A DNA stretch of 64,000 nucleotides from NCBI GenBank assembly GCA_963666985.2, contig CAXXIA010000001.1, positions 736,001 to 800,000 of the forward strand. Direction: 5' to 3'. Below the pieces are notes generated by a model. The model was not told the origin of the DNA, did not search any database, and worked only from the letters and a program-made list of their open reading frames with translations. Positions 27,224 through 37,353 of the stretch are shown in pieces. The translations under genes and the position numbers were made by a program. Each line of letters starts with the position of its first letter. Within the stretch, counting starts at the first letter, position 1. The DNA comes from Spirochaetia bacterium. GTDB taxonomy: Bacteria > Spirochaetota > Spirochaetia > DSM-2461.

Positions 27224-29890
27224 TTAATCCGTAAGGGGATTCGGTTTCGACGGGTTCAGATGATATCGGGAGACGGCCTCGGGAAGCACCTTTGCGGGAA
27301 CCGAACCATCGCGCACCAGCGACTTCAGGGCGGCCAGAGTAATCCAATATCGATCCACTTCAAAAAAGTCTCGGAGTTTGCTTCGGCTGTCCGAACGGCC
27401 GAAACCGTCGGTTCCCAAGATCGTCAGAGTGTTGGGAATCAGCCGTCTGATCTGTTCCGGATAGGCACGCAAATAGTCCGATGTGAAAACAGCGGGACCG
27501 TCATGGCCTTTCAGAACCGATGTAAGGTAGGGAACGAGGGACTCTCTTTCCGGATGAAGCAGATTTTCCCGCTCGACTTCCATTCCATTTCTATGAAGCT
27601 GATTCACGCCGGGAACGCTCCAGAGGTCGGCTTCAACCTTCCAATCCTTTTTCAGCAGATCCGCGGCGGCAATCACCTCACGGAAAATGGTGCCGGAACC
27701 CATGAGCTGAACCTTCGGCCCCTGAGCGCTTCCGGCTTTCTTGAAGAGATAAATCCCCTTCACGATTCCTTCTTCCGCACCTTTGGGGAGAGCCGGCTGA
27801 GGATAGTTTTCATTCATCGCCGTGATGTAATAAAAAAGATTCTTTTTTTCCGCGTACATTTGCTGAAGAGCGTCACGGATAATCACGGCCAGTTCATAGG
27901 AAAAAGCCGGATCATAAGAACGGCAGGTGGGGTAGGTTGACGCCAAGAGAAGACCGTGACCGTCCTGATGCTGGAGCCCTTCGCCGTTCAAGGTTGTTCG
28001 GCCGGCGGTCGCGCCGATCAAAAAACCGCGGGCTCCGATGTCTCCCGCCGCCCAGGCCAAATCGCCGATGCGCTGGAATCCGAACATGGAGTAGAAAATA
28101 TAAAACGGAATCATCGGAACACCGTAGTTGGCTCCGGCCGTACCGGCGGCCAGCCAGGAAGAAAAGGCTCCGGACTCGGTAATGCCTTCTTCCAGAATCT
28201 GTCCTTGGCCCGATTCCTTGTACCACATCATGTCCTCGGCATCTTGCGGTTTGTACAGCTGTCCGGAAGGTGCATAGATTCCCAGCTGACGGAACATGCC
28301 TTCCATTCCGAACGTGCGGGCCTCATCAGGGATGATGGGCACGATATATTTCCCGAGTTCGTTATCCCGCGCCAAACCGGAAAGAATCCTGACGAAGGCG
28401 TTCGTCGTGGAAACCTCGCGATCTTTGGTTGATTCGATGGCGCTTTTAAAGAGTTTGTCGGTGACGGGAGGAATCTTCAGGGAAGGAGGATCGAAGCGGC
28501 GGGCCGGAACGGGACCGCCGAGATTTTTGCGCTGTCGCCGAATAAACTCCATTTCATCGGAGTCTTCGGAAGGGCGAATAAACGGGAGAGAGGAAAGTTC
28601 TTCATCTTTCAGCGGAACATGGAACCGATCCCGGAATTCCTTCAGCGATTCGATATCCATTTTTTTCTGGCTGTGCGTACCCATGGCCGCTTCTCCGGCT
28701 CTGCCCATACCGTAACCCTTGATGGTTTTAACAAGAATCGCCGTAGGAACGCCGTCGGCTTTCACGGCCTCGGCGAAAGCGGCGTAAATTTTCCGCGGAT
28801 CGTGACCTCCTCGGGTCATCTGCCAGAGTTCCCGGTCGCTCATATCTTTTACAAGCGCGGCGATTTTCGGATCGGATTCGAAAAAAGTCTTTCTGAGATG
28901 TTCGGGATCCTTGGAGCGTATATCCTGAAATTCACCGTCCACCATGGAAGAAAACTTCTTCAGGAGCACTCCTTCCGTATCGCGTTTCATCAAGTCGTCC
29001 CATTCCGAGCCCCAGATGACTTTGATCACTTTCCACCCGGCGCCGTTGAATACCCCTTCAAGCTCGTCGATAATTCGTCCGTTCCCCCGCACCGGTCCGT
29101 CGAGCCGCTGCAGATTGCAGTTCACCACGAAAATAAGATTGTCCAGATTTTCACGGGCCGCCAGACTGAGGGCTCCGCGGCTTTCCGGTTCATCGGATTC
29201 ACCGTCGCCCATAAAGGCCCAGACTTTTCTCTCGGCAGTCTCGGCCAGGCCCCGTGCATGCATATATTTCATGAAACGGGCCTGGTAGATGGCCATAAGC
29301 GGTCCGAGCCCCATGGAAACGGTTGGAAATTGCCAGAAGCCGGGCATCAGAAAGGGGTGGGGATAGGATGAGAGACCTTTGCCGTCAACTTCCCGGCGAA
29401 AGTTGTTCAGTGCCTCTTCATCCAAGCGTCCTTCGACAAAGGCACGGGCGTACATGCCCGGAGCCGAATGGCCCTGGAAAAAAATAAGGTCCGGACCGCC
29501 GGGGGCGTCCAACCCTCTGAAAAACCAGTTGAATCCGACCTCATAAAGAGCCGAGGAAGAAGCGAAACTGGCGATATGCCCTCCGAGTGCGTCCGGGCTT
29601 ATATTCGCCCTGGCCACCATGGCCATGGCGTTCCACCGTACATAGGCGGCCACCATCATGGCCGTCAGACTGTCACCGGGAATTTTTTCGGCTTTTTCCG
29701 GAGGGATGGTGTTGGCATAGGGAGAAACAGTCGTATCGGGGGGCTTGATTCCTTTGGAACGAACACTGTCGTTCAATTTTTTGAGAAGATATACGGCCTT
29801 CTCGTCACCTTCGGCATGAATAACCGCTTCGAGAGAATCGAGCCAATCGCGTGTTTCCAGCGGATCGGAATCGCGGAATGCATTGTTCAT
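27224..29890 (-). CDS. aceE: Pyruvate dehydrogenase E1, homodimeric type
   Basis: D.DP.ETRDWLDSL, GGHIASFAS, LSSYPHP, GDGE..EPES, GRTTLNGEGLQHQDG, DGFGRSD. Confidence 0.97.
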   Translation of the reverse strand: MNNAFRDSDPLETRDWLDSLEAVIHAEGDEKAVYLLKKLNDSVRSKGIKPPDTTVSPYANTIPPEKAEKIPGDSLTAMMVAAYVRWNAMAMVARANISPDALGGHIASFASSSALYEVGFNWFFRGLDAPGGPDLIFFQGHSAPGMYARAFVEGRLDEEALNNFRREVDGKGLSSYPHPFLMPGFWQFPTVSMGLGPLMAIYQARFMKYMHARGLAETAERKVWAFMGDGESDEPESRGALSLAARENLDNLIFVVNCNLQRLDGPVRGNGRIIDELEGVFNGAGWKVIKVIWGSEWDDLMKRDTEGVLLKKFSSMVDGEFQDIRSKDPEHLRKTFFESDPKIAALVKDMSDRELWQMTRGGHDPRKIYAAFAEAVKADGVPTAILVKTIKGYGMGRAGEAAMGTHSQKKMDIESLKEFRDRFHVPLKDEELSSLPFIRPSEDSDEMEFIRRQRKNLGGPVPARRFDPPSLKIPPVTDKLFKSAIESTKDREVSTTNAFVRILSGLARDNELGKYIVPIIPDEARTFGMEGMFRQLGIYAPSGQLYKPQDAEDMMWYKESGQGQILEEGITESGAFSSWLAAGTAGANYGVPMIPFYIFYSMFGFQRIGDLAWAAGDIGARGFLIGATAGRTTLNGEGLQHQDGHGLLLASTYPTCRSYDPAFSYELAVIIRDALQQMYAEKKNLFYYITAMNENYPQPALPKGAEEGIVKGIYLFKKAGSAQGPKVQLMGSGTIFREVIAAADLLKKDWKVEADLWSVPGVNQLHRNGMEVERENLLHPERESLVPYLTSVLKGHDGPAVFTSDYLRAYPEQIRRLIPNTLTILGTDGFGRSDSRSKLRDFFEVDRYWITLAALKSLVRDGSVPAKVLPEAVSRYHLNPSKPNPLTD

Positions 29891-30187
29891 ACAACCTCCC
29901 GTAAAAATATGACCATATATATAAACATAGTTATGCAGGGGCTGTAAGGCAAGACTAATTCAAGATTCCGAAATCCATCCGGAGCCCCCTGATTGCAGAG
30001 AATGGGAATCCCCGTAAAAGTGCCGTATGTAAACACTCACTATACTAAACAAGCCCCGAACGGGAGCATTCTTTGAAATTATCATTACGGCAAAACATTG
30101 CCGTAATTGACAAGCGGGGTATGAGCGGCTATAAAAAAAAGCCATAATTGGGAAAATTTCATTCGACCAATTAAAAGGAGAAAATCT

Positions 30188-31300
30188 ATGAAGAAAATTC
30201 TTGCGGTTCTGTTCGTCCTTTTATCAGCCGGTATGCTCTTTGCGGGCGGCAGCGGCGACGGCGGAACAATTAAAATCGGTGTTGTCGGCGCTCATTCCGG
30301 AGACCTCGCCTCCTACGGCCTGCCTACCGTTAAAGCCGCCGAACTTGTCGTCGCCGAATACAATGCCAAGGGCGGCGTTCTCGGCAAGCAGATTGAACTT
30401 GTTGTTGAAGACGATGTTTGTAAGCCGGAAGTCGCGGCGAACAGCGCCGCCAAGGTTGTGGGTGAGGGCGTTGTCGCCGTTATCGGCCATATCTGCTCCG
30501 GCGCAACCAAGAGCGCCCTCGGCGTTTATCTTGAAGCCGGCATCCCGGCCATCAGCCCCTCGGCGACCAATCCTCCGCTGACCCAGAGCGGCGATTATCC
30601 CAACTTCTTCAGAACCATCGCTTCGGATGACGCGCAGGCTGCGACCGACGCGAAATTCATTGCCGAAACACTGGGCTTGAAAAAAGTCGCGGTTCTTCAT
30701 GATAAGCAGGATTACGGTAAAGGTTTCGCGGATTTCTCCGTTGAAGCTCTCAAGGGTCTGGGCGTTCAGACCGTTATCTACGAAGGAATCACAGCCGGCG
30801 CCGTTGATTATTCGGCCGTTCTGACGAAAGTCGCCAATTCCGGCGCCGAAGGTATCGTCTACGGAGGATATCACCCCGAGGCCTCCAAGCTGGTTCAGCA
30901 GATGAGCGCCATGGGCCTGGACATTCCTTTTGTCTCCGACGACGGCGTGAAGGACGATACCTTTATTCAGGTCGCCGGCGACTATGCCGAAGGCGTTTAT
31001 GCTTCCGGTCCGGTGGACACTTCTTCCAATCCGATGAATAAGGCCGCCATCAAAGCTCATCAGGATGCGTACGGCGAAGAGCCGGGTGCTTTCTACATTA
31101 ATGCTTATGCGGCCGCCATTGTTCTCATTGAAGCCATTAAAACCGCCGGAAGCACCGACGGCGCGGCCATTATGAAAGCTTTGCGGTCACAGTACGTTGA
31201 TACTCCTCTGGGAAGCATCAGCTTTGACGAAAAGGGTGATGCAATCGGCGTCGGATTCTCCGTTTATCAGGTTCAAAACGGCGAATACGTCGAACTCTAG
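30188..31300 (+). CDS. livK: Branched-chain amino acid ABC transporter substrate-binding protein
   Basis: IKIGV, GGVLGKQIEL..EDD, GH.CSG, YGKG motifs; first gene of liv cluster. Confidence 0.9.
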   Translation: MKKILAVLFVLLSAGMLFAGGSGDGGTIKIGVVGAHSGDLASYGLPTVKAAELVVAEYNAKGGVLGKQIELVVEDDVCKPEVAANSAAKVVGEGVVAVIGHICSGATKSALGVYLEAGIPAISPSATNPPLTQSGDYPNFFRTIASDDAQAATDAKFIAETLGLKKVAVLHDKQDYGKGFADFSVEALKGLGVQTVIYEGITAGAVDYSAVLTKVANSGAEGIVYGGYHPEASKLVQQMSAMGLDIPFVSDDGVKDDTFIQVAGDYAEGVYASGPVDTSSNPMNKAAIKAHQDAYGEEPGAFYINAYAAAIVLIEAIKTAGSTDGAAIMKALRSQYVDTPLGSISFDEKGDAIGVGFSVYQVQNGEYVEL

Positions 31301-31341
31301 GGTTATTTCGGCTTAGTCCGAGAACTTAAGGACCGATTTAT

Positions 31342-31365
31342 CGGGGCGGGATTACTCCCGCCCCG
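31342..31365 (+). terminator. Intercistronic stem-loop after livK (stabiliser or partial terminator)
   Basis: CGGGGCGGGA-TTAC-TCCCGCCCCG, 10-bp perfect stem followed by TTT. Confidence 0.6.
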
Positions 31366-31430
31366 TTTCCTAATCCGTAAAAACGGCTATACTGCTTTAA
31401 GTCCTTATTACTTTCCGAGGAGAAAATCCC

Positions 31431-32336
31431 TTGAAATTCTTTCTTCAGCTCGTCCTCGCCGGACTGACCAAGGGCAGTATTTATGCGCTGATCGCCCTGG
31501 GCTACACGATGGTGTACGGCATAATCCAATTGATTAATTTCGCCCACGGCGAGATCTACATGATCGGCGCCTTTACGGCTCTGATCGTCAGCGGTTTACT
31601 GCAGATAACAACGACGCTTCATCCTATTGCGATCCTTTTCATCGCTCTGGCCGCGGCCGTTTTCTTTTCAGCCGGATACGGCGTTACCATGGAAAAGATC
31701 GCCTACAAACCATTGCGCAATGCTCCGCGGCTGACCGCATTAATCAGTGCGATCGGTATGTCTCTGCTGCTGCAGAATTACGTTCGGCTGGCACAAACCT
31801 CCGACTTTCTGCCCTTCCGCTCACTTATTCCGAATTTTTCCTTTCTTACTCCGGGCGTTTCTGTCATTACAACGACGCAGCTGGTTATTTTGGTGACCAC
31901 CTTCGCCGTTATGGTGATTCTGACGTTCCTGATTAAATTTACGCGTATGGGAAAGGCGATGCGGGCCACGGCCCAGGATAAAATCATGGCTCAGCTGGTG
32001 GGAATCGATATCAACAAGGTTATCACGGTTACCTTCGCCATCGGATCGGCAACCGCCGCCATAGGCGGCGTCCTAATCGCCAATCATATGGGGCAGATTA
32101 ACTTCTATATCGGTTTTCTGGCGGGCATAAAGGCCTTTGTCGCCGCGGTTTTGGGAGGCATCGGAAGCATTCCCGGCGCGGTTCTGGGAAGTTTCGTTCT
32201 CGGCATGACCGAGAGCTTCGGCGCCGGCTATATATCCAGTGCCTATGAAGACGCTTTCGCCTTTATCATCCTGATCCTTATTCTGATCTTCAAACCCTCG
32301 GGACTTGTCGGCCGGAATGAAATCGAAAAGGTGTAG
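31431..32336 (+). CDS. livH: Branched-chain amino acid ABC permease
   Basis: GSIYALIALGYTMVYG..INFAHGE, KAFVAAVLGGIGS; TTG start with SD GAGGAG. Confidence 0.95.
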   Translation: MKFFLQLVLAGLTKGSIYALIALGYTMVYGIIQLINFAHGEIYMIGAFTALIVSGLLQITTTLHPIAILFIALAAAVFFSAGYGVTMEKIAYKPLRNAPRLTALISAIGMSLLLQNYVRLAQTSDFLPFRSLIPNFSFLTPGVSVITTTQLVILVTTFAVMVILTFLIKFTRMGKAMRATAQDKIMAQLVGIDINKVITVTFAIGSATAAIGGVLIANHMGQINFYIGFLAGIKAFVAAVLGGIGSIPGAVLGSFVLGMTESFGAGYISSAYEDAFAFIILILILIFKPSGLVGRNEIEKV

Positions 32337-32340
32337 CGTT

Positions 32341-33744
32341 ATGAATAAGGTTCTTAAAGAACTTAAGTCCTCGTTTTTAACGGCTTTATGGATACTGGTT
32401 CTCACCTTTCCCATCATGATTATCAAGGTGAATACCATCGACGCGACGGTTCGATGGCGTTGGGCAAACATTCCGACGGTATTTTTCTTCACGTATATTT
32501 TTTCATTTATTTGGAGACGCCTTCTTTTCCTGAGGGAAAAAAAAGGAAAAGAATCATTAAGACTGATTCTCATCGATTCTCTTCTTATGGGAATTGCTCC
32601 CATACTCACCATCGTTGCCGTTTCTCTTATAAATTCGAAGTCCCCCGAATATAAAGTTTTAAGCTGGATTTTACAGGCGGTTGTCTATACCGGAGTCATT
32701 ATTCTTCATTCCATTCTCATTAAGGATGTCAAAAGCGAGAAAACGGAAGAGATTCAAGAACGAAAGCCGAAATTCGATTTCCGTGAGACACTCGGTAAGA
32801 AAACCGTAAAAAGACCGCTTTTGGCCCTTTTGGCGGTTGCCGTTGTCGCCTATCCGTTTGTTTCCGGGCTTTATCACGTAGGCATTATGACCAGTGCCTT
32901 AATGTTCATCATTTTGGGTTTGGGGCTGAATATCGTTATCGGCTACGGCGGACTGCTTCATCTGGGATACGCGGCGTTCTACGCCGTGGGCGCTTACAAT
33001 TACGGACTGCTTTATATGTATTGGGGCGTTCCGTTTTGGGGCGCTCTGCCGCTTGGTGCCGTTTCGGGACTCATTTGCGGGCTGATTATCGGCATCCCCG
33101 TTTTAAGGCTGCGCGGCGATTATCTTGCAATCGTTACATTGGCCTTCGGTGAAATCGTAAGGCTCCTGTTGGAGAATCTGGCCGGATTTACAAAAGGTCC
33201 GGAAGGCATCGCACAGATTCCCAGACCCGGCTTTATCATGAAATTAAATTTGCAGAATGCATCGATTTACCTGTATTTCATTGTTTTCGCCTTAATGCTG
33301 TTAACGATATTCGTTATTAAACGAATTGAAGATTCCCGGATCGGACGTTCTCTTGAGGCCATGCGCGATGATGAAATTGCCGCGCAGTCCATGGGGATTG
33401 ATCTGACCAAAGCAAAACTGATTACTTTTGCCCTCGGGGCCATTTGGGCCGGACTCGTCGGTGTTATTCTGGCGGGTAAGACAACCTATATCAATCCGGG
33501 AAGCTTTACCCTTATGGAATCGGTGATGATTCTCGTGGCCGTGGTTCTCGGAGGCATGGGTTCCGTGCCCGGAGTTATTCTCGGTGCTCTTCTGGTAACG
33601 CTTATCCCCGAATATCTGCGGTTCCTTTCCGACTATAGGATGCTGATGTTCGGAGTCGCCCTTGTGGTGATGTCAATTTTCCGGCCTCAGGGGATTATTC
33701 CCAGGGTTCGAAAGCACTACACCGTCGGAAGGGAAAGCGCATGA
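32341..33744 (+). CDS. livM: Branched-chain amino acid ABC permease
   Basis: LGLNIVIGYGGLL.LG, LRLRGDYLAIVTLAFGE, FRPQGI. Confidence 0.93.
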   Translation: MNKVLKELKSSFLTALWILVLTFPIMIIKVNTIDATVRWRWANIPTVFFFTYIFSFIWRRLLFLREKKGKESLRLILIDSLLMGIAPILTIVAVSLINSKSPEYKVLSWILQAVVYTGVIILHSILIKDVKSEKTEEIQERKPKFDFRETLGKKTVKRPLLALLAVAVVAYPFVSGLYHVGIMTSALMFIILGLGLNIVIGYGGLLHLGYAAFYAVGAYNYGLLYMYWGVPFWGALPLGAVSGLICGLIIGIPVLRLRGDYLAIVTLAFGEIVRLLLENLAGFTKGPEGIAQIPRPGFIMKLNLQNASIYLYFIVFALMLLTIFVIKRIEDSRIGRSLEAMRDDEIAAQSMGIDLTKAKLITFALGAIWAGLVGVILAGKTTYINPGSFTLMESVMILVAVVLGGMGSVPGVILGALLVTLIPEYLRFLSDYRMLMFGVALVVMSIFRPQGIIPRVRKHYTVGRESA

Positions 33745-34520
33745 GCCGTACGATACTGAACATTGAAGATTTCTCCATGATTTTCGGAGGGCTGCGGGCC
33801 GTCGATCATGTCAGCATGCATATCGACGAGGGCGAAATCGTCGCGCTTATCGGGCCGAACGGTGCGGGAAAAACAACTCTTTTCAACTGTGTTACAGGGG
33901 TTTATAAACCTTCCGAAGGAACAATTTCAGTCAGCTCCGCCGATTCTCATACCACCCGGACAAACGGGATGAAACCCAACAAAATAACCGAGTTGGGTTT
34001 GGCCCGAACGTTTCAGAACATTCGCCTTTTCTCCACGATGACGGCTCTGGAAAACGTTATGATAGGCCGTCATCCGAAATTGAAGGCCGGTGTTGTCGGT
34101 GCCATCCTGCGTGATAGGCGGACGAAAAATGAGGAACGGCAGGTTATCGAGGACAGTCTGTCCATTCTCGGGAAACTGGGATTGGAAAAATACGCGAACG
34201 AGCCGGCTTCCAGTCTTCCTTACGGCGCGCAGCGGCTTTTGGAAATTGCACGGGCCATGGCGACCGAACCGCAGCTTCTGCTTCTGGATGAACCCGCGGC
34301 CGGAATGAACCCTCAGGAAACCAGGCACTTGGACGAAACCATTAAGCGGATACGGGACGAGGAGGGGATAACCATCCTTCTTATAGAGCATGACATGAGC
34401 TTGGTGATGAGTCTTTCGGAACGGATTTATGTCCTTGATTACGGAAAAATGATCGCCGAAGGGAGTCCTGAGGTTGTGAAAGCGAATCCCGCAGTCGTCA
34501 AAGCCTACCTGGGAGAATAA
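33741..34520 (+). CDS. livG: Branched-chain amino acid ABC ATPase
   Basis: GPNGAGKT, ARTFQNIRLF, LPYG.QR, LLLDEPAAG, AYLG. Confidence 0.96.
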   Translation: MSRTILNIEDFSMIFGGLRAVDHVSMHIDEGEIVALIGPNGAGKTTLFNCVTGVYKPSEGTISVSSADSHTTRTNGMKPNKITELGLARTFQNIRLFSTMTALENVMIGRHPKLKAGVVGAILRDRRTKNEERQVIEDSLSILGKLGLEKYANEPASSLPYGAQRLLEIARAMATEPQLLLLDEPAAGMNPQETRHLDETIKRIRDEEGITILLIEHDMSLVMSLSERIYVLDYGKMIAEGSPEVVKANPAVVKAYLGE

Positions 34521-34522
34521 CG

Positions 34523-35230
34523 ATGCTGAAAGTCGATAACATTCATACATATTACGGGAACATTCAAGCGCTCAAAGGCATCTCTCTGGAAGTGAAAAAA
34601 GGGGAGATTATCACTCTGATCGGCGCCAACGGAGCCGGAAAGTCCACGACTCTGATGTCCATTTCCGGAATTGAACCTCCCCGCAGCGGATCCATCATTC
34701 TTGAGGGCGAAGACATCACCTCAATGCCGCCGAATAAAATCGTTACCAAGGGGATGATCCAGGTTCCCGAGGGCCGAAGGATTTTCCCGAAGCTGACGGT
34801 TCTGGAGAATCTGGATATGGGTGCGTATCGGAGAACCGATAAAGAGGGAATTAAGAAGGATCTCGATTATGTCTTCGACCTCTTTCCCATTCTCTCCCAG
34901 AGAAGAAATCAGAGCGGAGGAACACTTTCCGGCGGTGAACAGCAAATGCTGGCCATCAGCCGCGCCCTTATGGGCAGTCCCCGCATCCTTTTGCTGGATG
35001 AACCGTCACTGGGGCTTGCGCCTCTGATCGTGCAGCAGATTTTCGAGATTATCACCCGGATCAATAAGGAACAGGGAACAACCATATTCCTGGTGGAGCA
35101 GAACGCCAATATCGCCCTTAAAACCGCCCACAGGGGCTATGTGCTGCAAAACGGCATGATTGTGAAATCCGATACGGCGGCGGCCCTTATGGAGGATGAG
35201 GAAGTCAAAGACGCCTACCTGGGGGTTTAG
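34523..35230 (+). CDS. livF: Branched-chain amino acid ABC ATPase
   Basis: GANGAGKS, VPEGRRIF, LSGGEQQM, LDEPSLGLAP, VEQN. Confidence 0.96.
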   Translation: MLKVDNIHTYYGNIQALKGISLEVKKGEIITLIGANGAGKSTTLMSISGIEPPRSGSIILEGEDITSMPPNKIVTKGMIQVPEGRRIFPKLTVLENLDMGAYRRTDKEGIKKDLDYVFDLFPILSQRRNQSGGTLSGGEQQMLAISRALMGSPRILLLDEPSLGLAPLIVQQIFEIITRINKEQGTTIFLVEQNANIALKTAHRGYVLQNGMIVKSDTAAALMEDEEVKDAYLGV

Positions 35231-35287
35231 AACACGGATGCATACCGTTCTTCCCACCAGGGATGATTTCCGCTAAATTCGTTCCCG

Positions 35288-36232
35288 ATGGAAACATTCA
35301 TCCTCGGCACAGGCGGCATGATGCCTTTGCCCAATCGAAATCTTACGTCCATGCTCCTCAGAAGAGAAGGCGAACTTTTTTTATTCGACTGCGGGGAGGC
35401 TACGCAGGTAAGTCTCAGAGAATTGAATCTAAAATGGAAAAAGATCTCCGTTATCTTCATAAGCCATACCCATGCCGACCATGTAACAGGCTTGCCCGGC
35501 ATTCTTATGCTCTCATCGCAGGTTGAACGGGAAGATCCTTTGGTGATTATCGGGCCGCCCCGAATCAGGGAATATATTGAAGTGAACAGGCGTGCCCTTG
35601 AAATGCATATTAATTATCCCATTGAAATCATTGAAATCGCCAAACCCGGCGTTCCTCAGGAAGTCTTTCGGGGTAACGGATATAGGGTCCGCTCTTTCCC
35701 TCTTCGTCATTCGCGTATTTGCGTCGGATACGCGTTTGAAGAAGATTCAAGGCCGGGGATTTTTTATCCCGAAAGAGCCGAAGAAGAGGGCGTCCCTCGC
35801 GGCCCCTTATGGGGACGTCTTCAAAAAGGCGAACACATAACCCTTGAAGACGGCAGAATCATTTCACCGGATATGGTCATGGGAAATGCGCGTTCCGGAC
35901 GAAAGGTTTCGTTCGTAACCGATACCGCGTGGAAAAAGAGCATCCCCGGGGAAGTCTCCGGTTCCGATCTTCTCATATGCGAGGCAATGTTCAGTGAAGA
36001 GTTTGCTGATTCGGCCCGTGAAAAGAAGCATCTGACGGCTCGTCAAGCCGGTAGAATCGCCGCGGAGGCGGGTGGTATTAAACGAATGGGACTCATCCAC
36101 TACAGCCCCCGTTATATGGATAGGGAACTGAAAATCCTCCGCGACGAATGCCGTGAATTCTATCCCGAAGCTTTTCTCTGCCGTGACAGGATGGTTATAG
36201 AAATCCCGCATTCGGAAGATACGGAATCCTGA
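35288..36232 (+). CDS. rnz: Ribonuclease Z
   Basis: LGTGG, DCGE, SHTHADH, exosite GVPRGP, H.TA..A, HYSPRY. Confidence 0.95.
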   Translation: METFILGTGGMMPLPNRNLTSMLLRREGELFLFDCGEATQVSLRELNLKWKKISVIFISHTHADHVTGLPGILMLSSQVEREDPLVIIGPPRIREYIEVNRRALEMHINYPIEIIEIAKPGVPQEVFRGNGYRVRSFPLRHSRICVGYAFEEDSRPGIFYPERAEEEGVPRGPLWGRLQKGEHITLEDGRIISPDMVMGNARSGRKVSFVTDTAWKKSIPGEVSGSDLLICEAMFSEEFADSAREKKHLTARQAGRIAAEAGGIKRMGLIHYSPRYMDRELKILRDECREFYPEAFLCRDRMVIEIPHSEDTES

Positions 36233-36338
36233 AGTTTCTTTCGAAAATGCGGAAAACCGCTCGGCTCTCCGCGAACAGTCCTCAATTGATTGATGAATCT
36301 TTCTTGCTTTCAGCTCGGAGTTCCTTATGCTATATGGA

Positions 36339-37271
36339 ATGAGGGAACCGTCACTTTTGATACCATACTGCGGACCGGATTCTTCCGGGCAAACCTTTGA
36401 TTCTTATGTTTATCTCAGACCGGAAACCAACGGTGTTTTAACCGAAAGCATCCTTATGAAGACGATCGTGGGAAACAATGAATGGAAAGAAGGTGCGAAA
36501 CTTGTCTACATGGCGAACTATCCGGGTGAGTTCATACAAACTCTGCATCTGGTGGAACATCATTATAATCTGAAAGTGGCCTTTGCCCGGCATGGAGGTA
36601 CGGCTTTCACACCGGGAATGCGGGAGGCTTTTGAGCAAAAATTTAAAAAAGACTTTAATCCGGAGAAAGTCTTAGGTTCTTTTGATGCGATTAAACGCTT
36701 TGGTTTGGATGAAGAGTCGCTTTTTCAATATCATGTCGAGAAAGAAGACATGCTTGTCGTTCTGGGGCAGAACATCAAGCGGTATGGAGATTTCTGGGTG
36801 GTGAATTACGATATTCCCGCCATTCTGAATAAGAATGCCCTCAATACGGATATTGCCGTTATGGTGTTCCGCATCGGTATGGGCTGGGAGGATTTTCGCT
36901 CCATGATAGGGGCCATGTCGTCACATCTGGTTGATGCCGGAATCATCAGAATGGAAACTCCTCCGAGCAGAGCTTTCCATCATTCGAAAAGTCCTTGGGA
37001 ACAGCTCTTGGACGGAATCGATTTTCTTTGGGGAGTGGATGTTTCGGACGGAGGCGTGGAAGATGATATTTCTTTCGGCGCTTATCTGATGGGTCAAGGC
37101 ATCGACAGAAAAGAATTACGTGAAACGATTCAAAACCCTCTTGTCGCCTATTCCACGGACGATGGAAAAGAACTTGAAGCGAATATATTTGATATTACTT
37201 CCGGAATGGGGTACAGCAAAGCGGCCGGCATCCTTTCGAAAATAACTCGGCATCTGGATGTTTCGTTTTAA
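36339..37271 (+). CDS. Hypothetical protein, divergent nucleoside-diphosphate-kinase-like fold suspected
   Basis: Long ORF; motifs YVYLRP, LVEHHY, WEDFR..IGA, FHHSKSP.E fall in NDK motif order. Alternative ATG at 36327. Confidence 0.65.
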   Translation: MREPSLLIPYCGPDSSGQTFDSYVYLRPETNGVLTESILMKTIVGNNEWKEGAKLVYMANYPGEFIQTLHLVEHHYNLKVAFARHGGTAFTPGMREAFEQKFKKDFNPEKVLGSFDAIKRFGLDEESLFQYHVEKEDMLVVLGQNIKRYGDFWVVNYDIPAILNKNALNTDIAVMVFRIGMGWEDFRSMIGAMSSHLVDAGIIRMETPPSRAFHHSKSPWEQLLDGIDFLWGVDVSDGGVEDDISFGAYLMGQGIDRKELRETIQNPLVAYSTDDGKELEANIFDITSGMGYSKAAGILSKITRHLDVSF

Positions 37272-37353
37272 CAAGGCCGCTCTTGGAGCCGGCCCGTTAA
37301 AAAACGAAACACACTGTTTTGCTCCCTTAAGAGGGAGAGCCTCAAAGGCTTAT

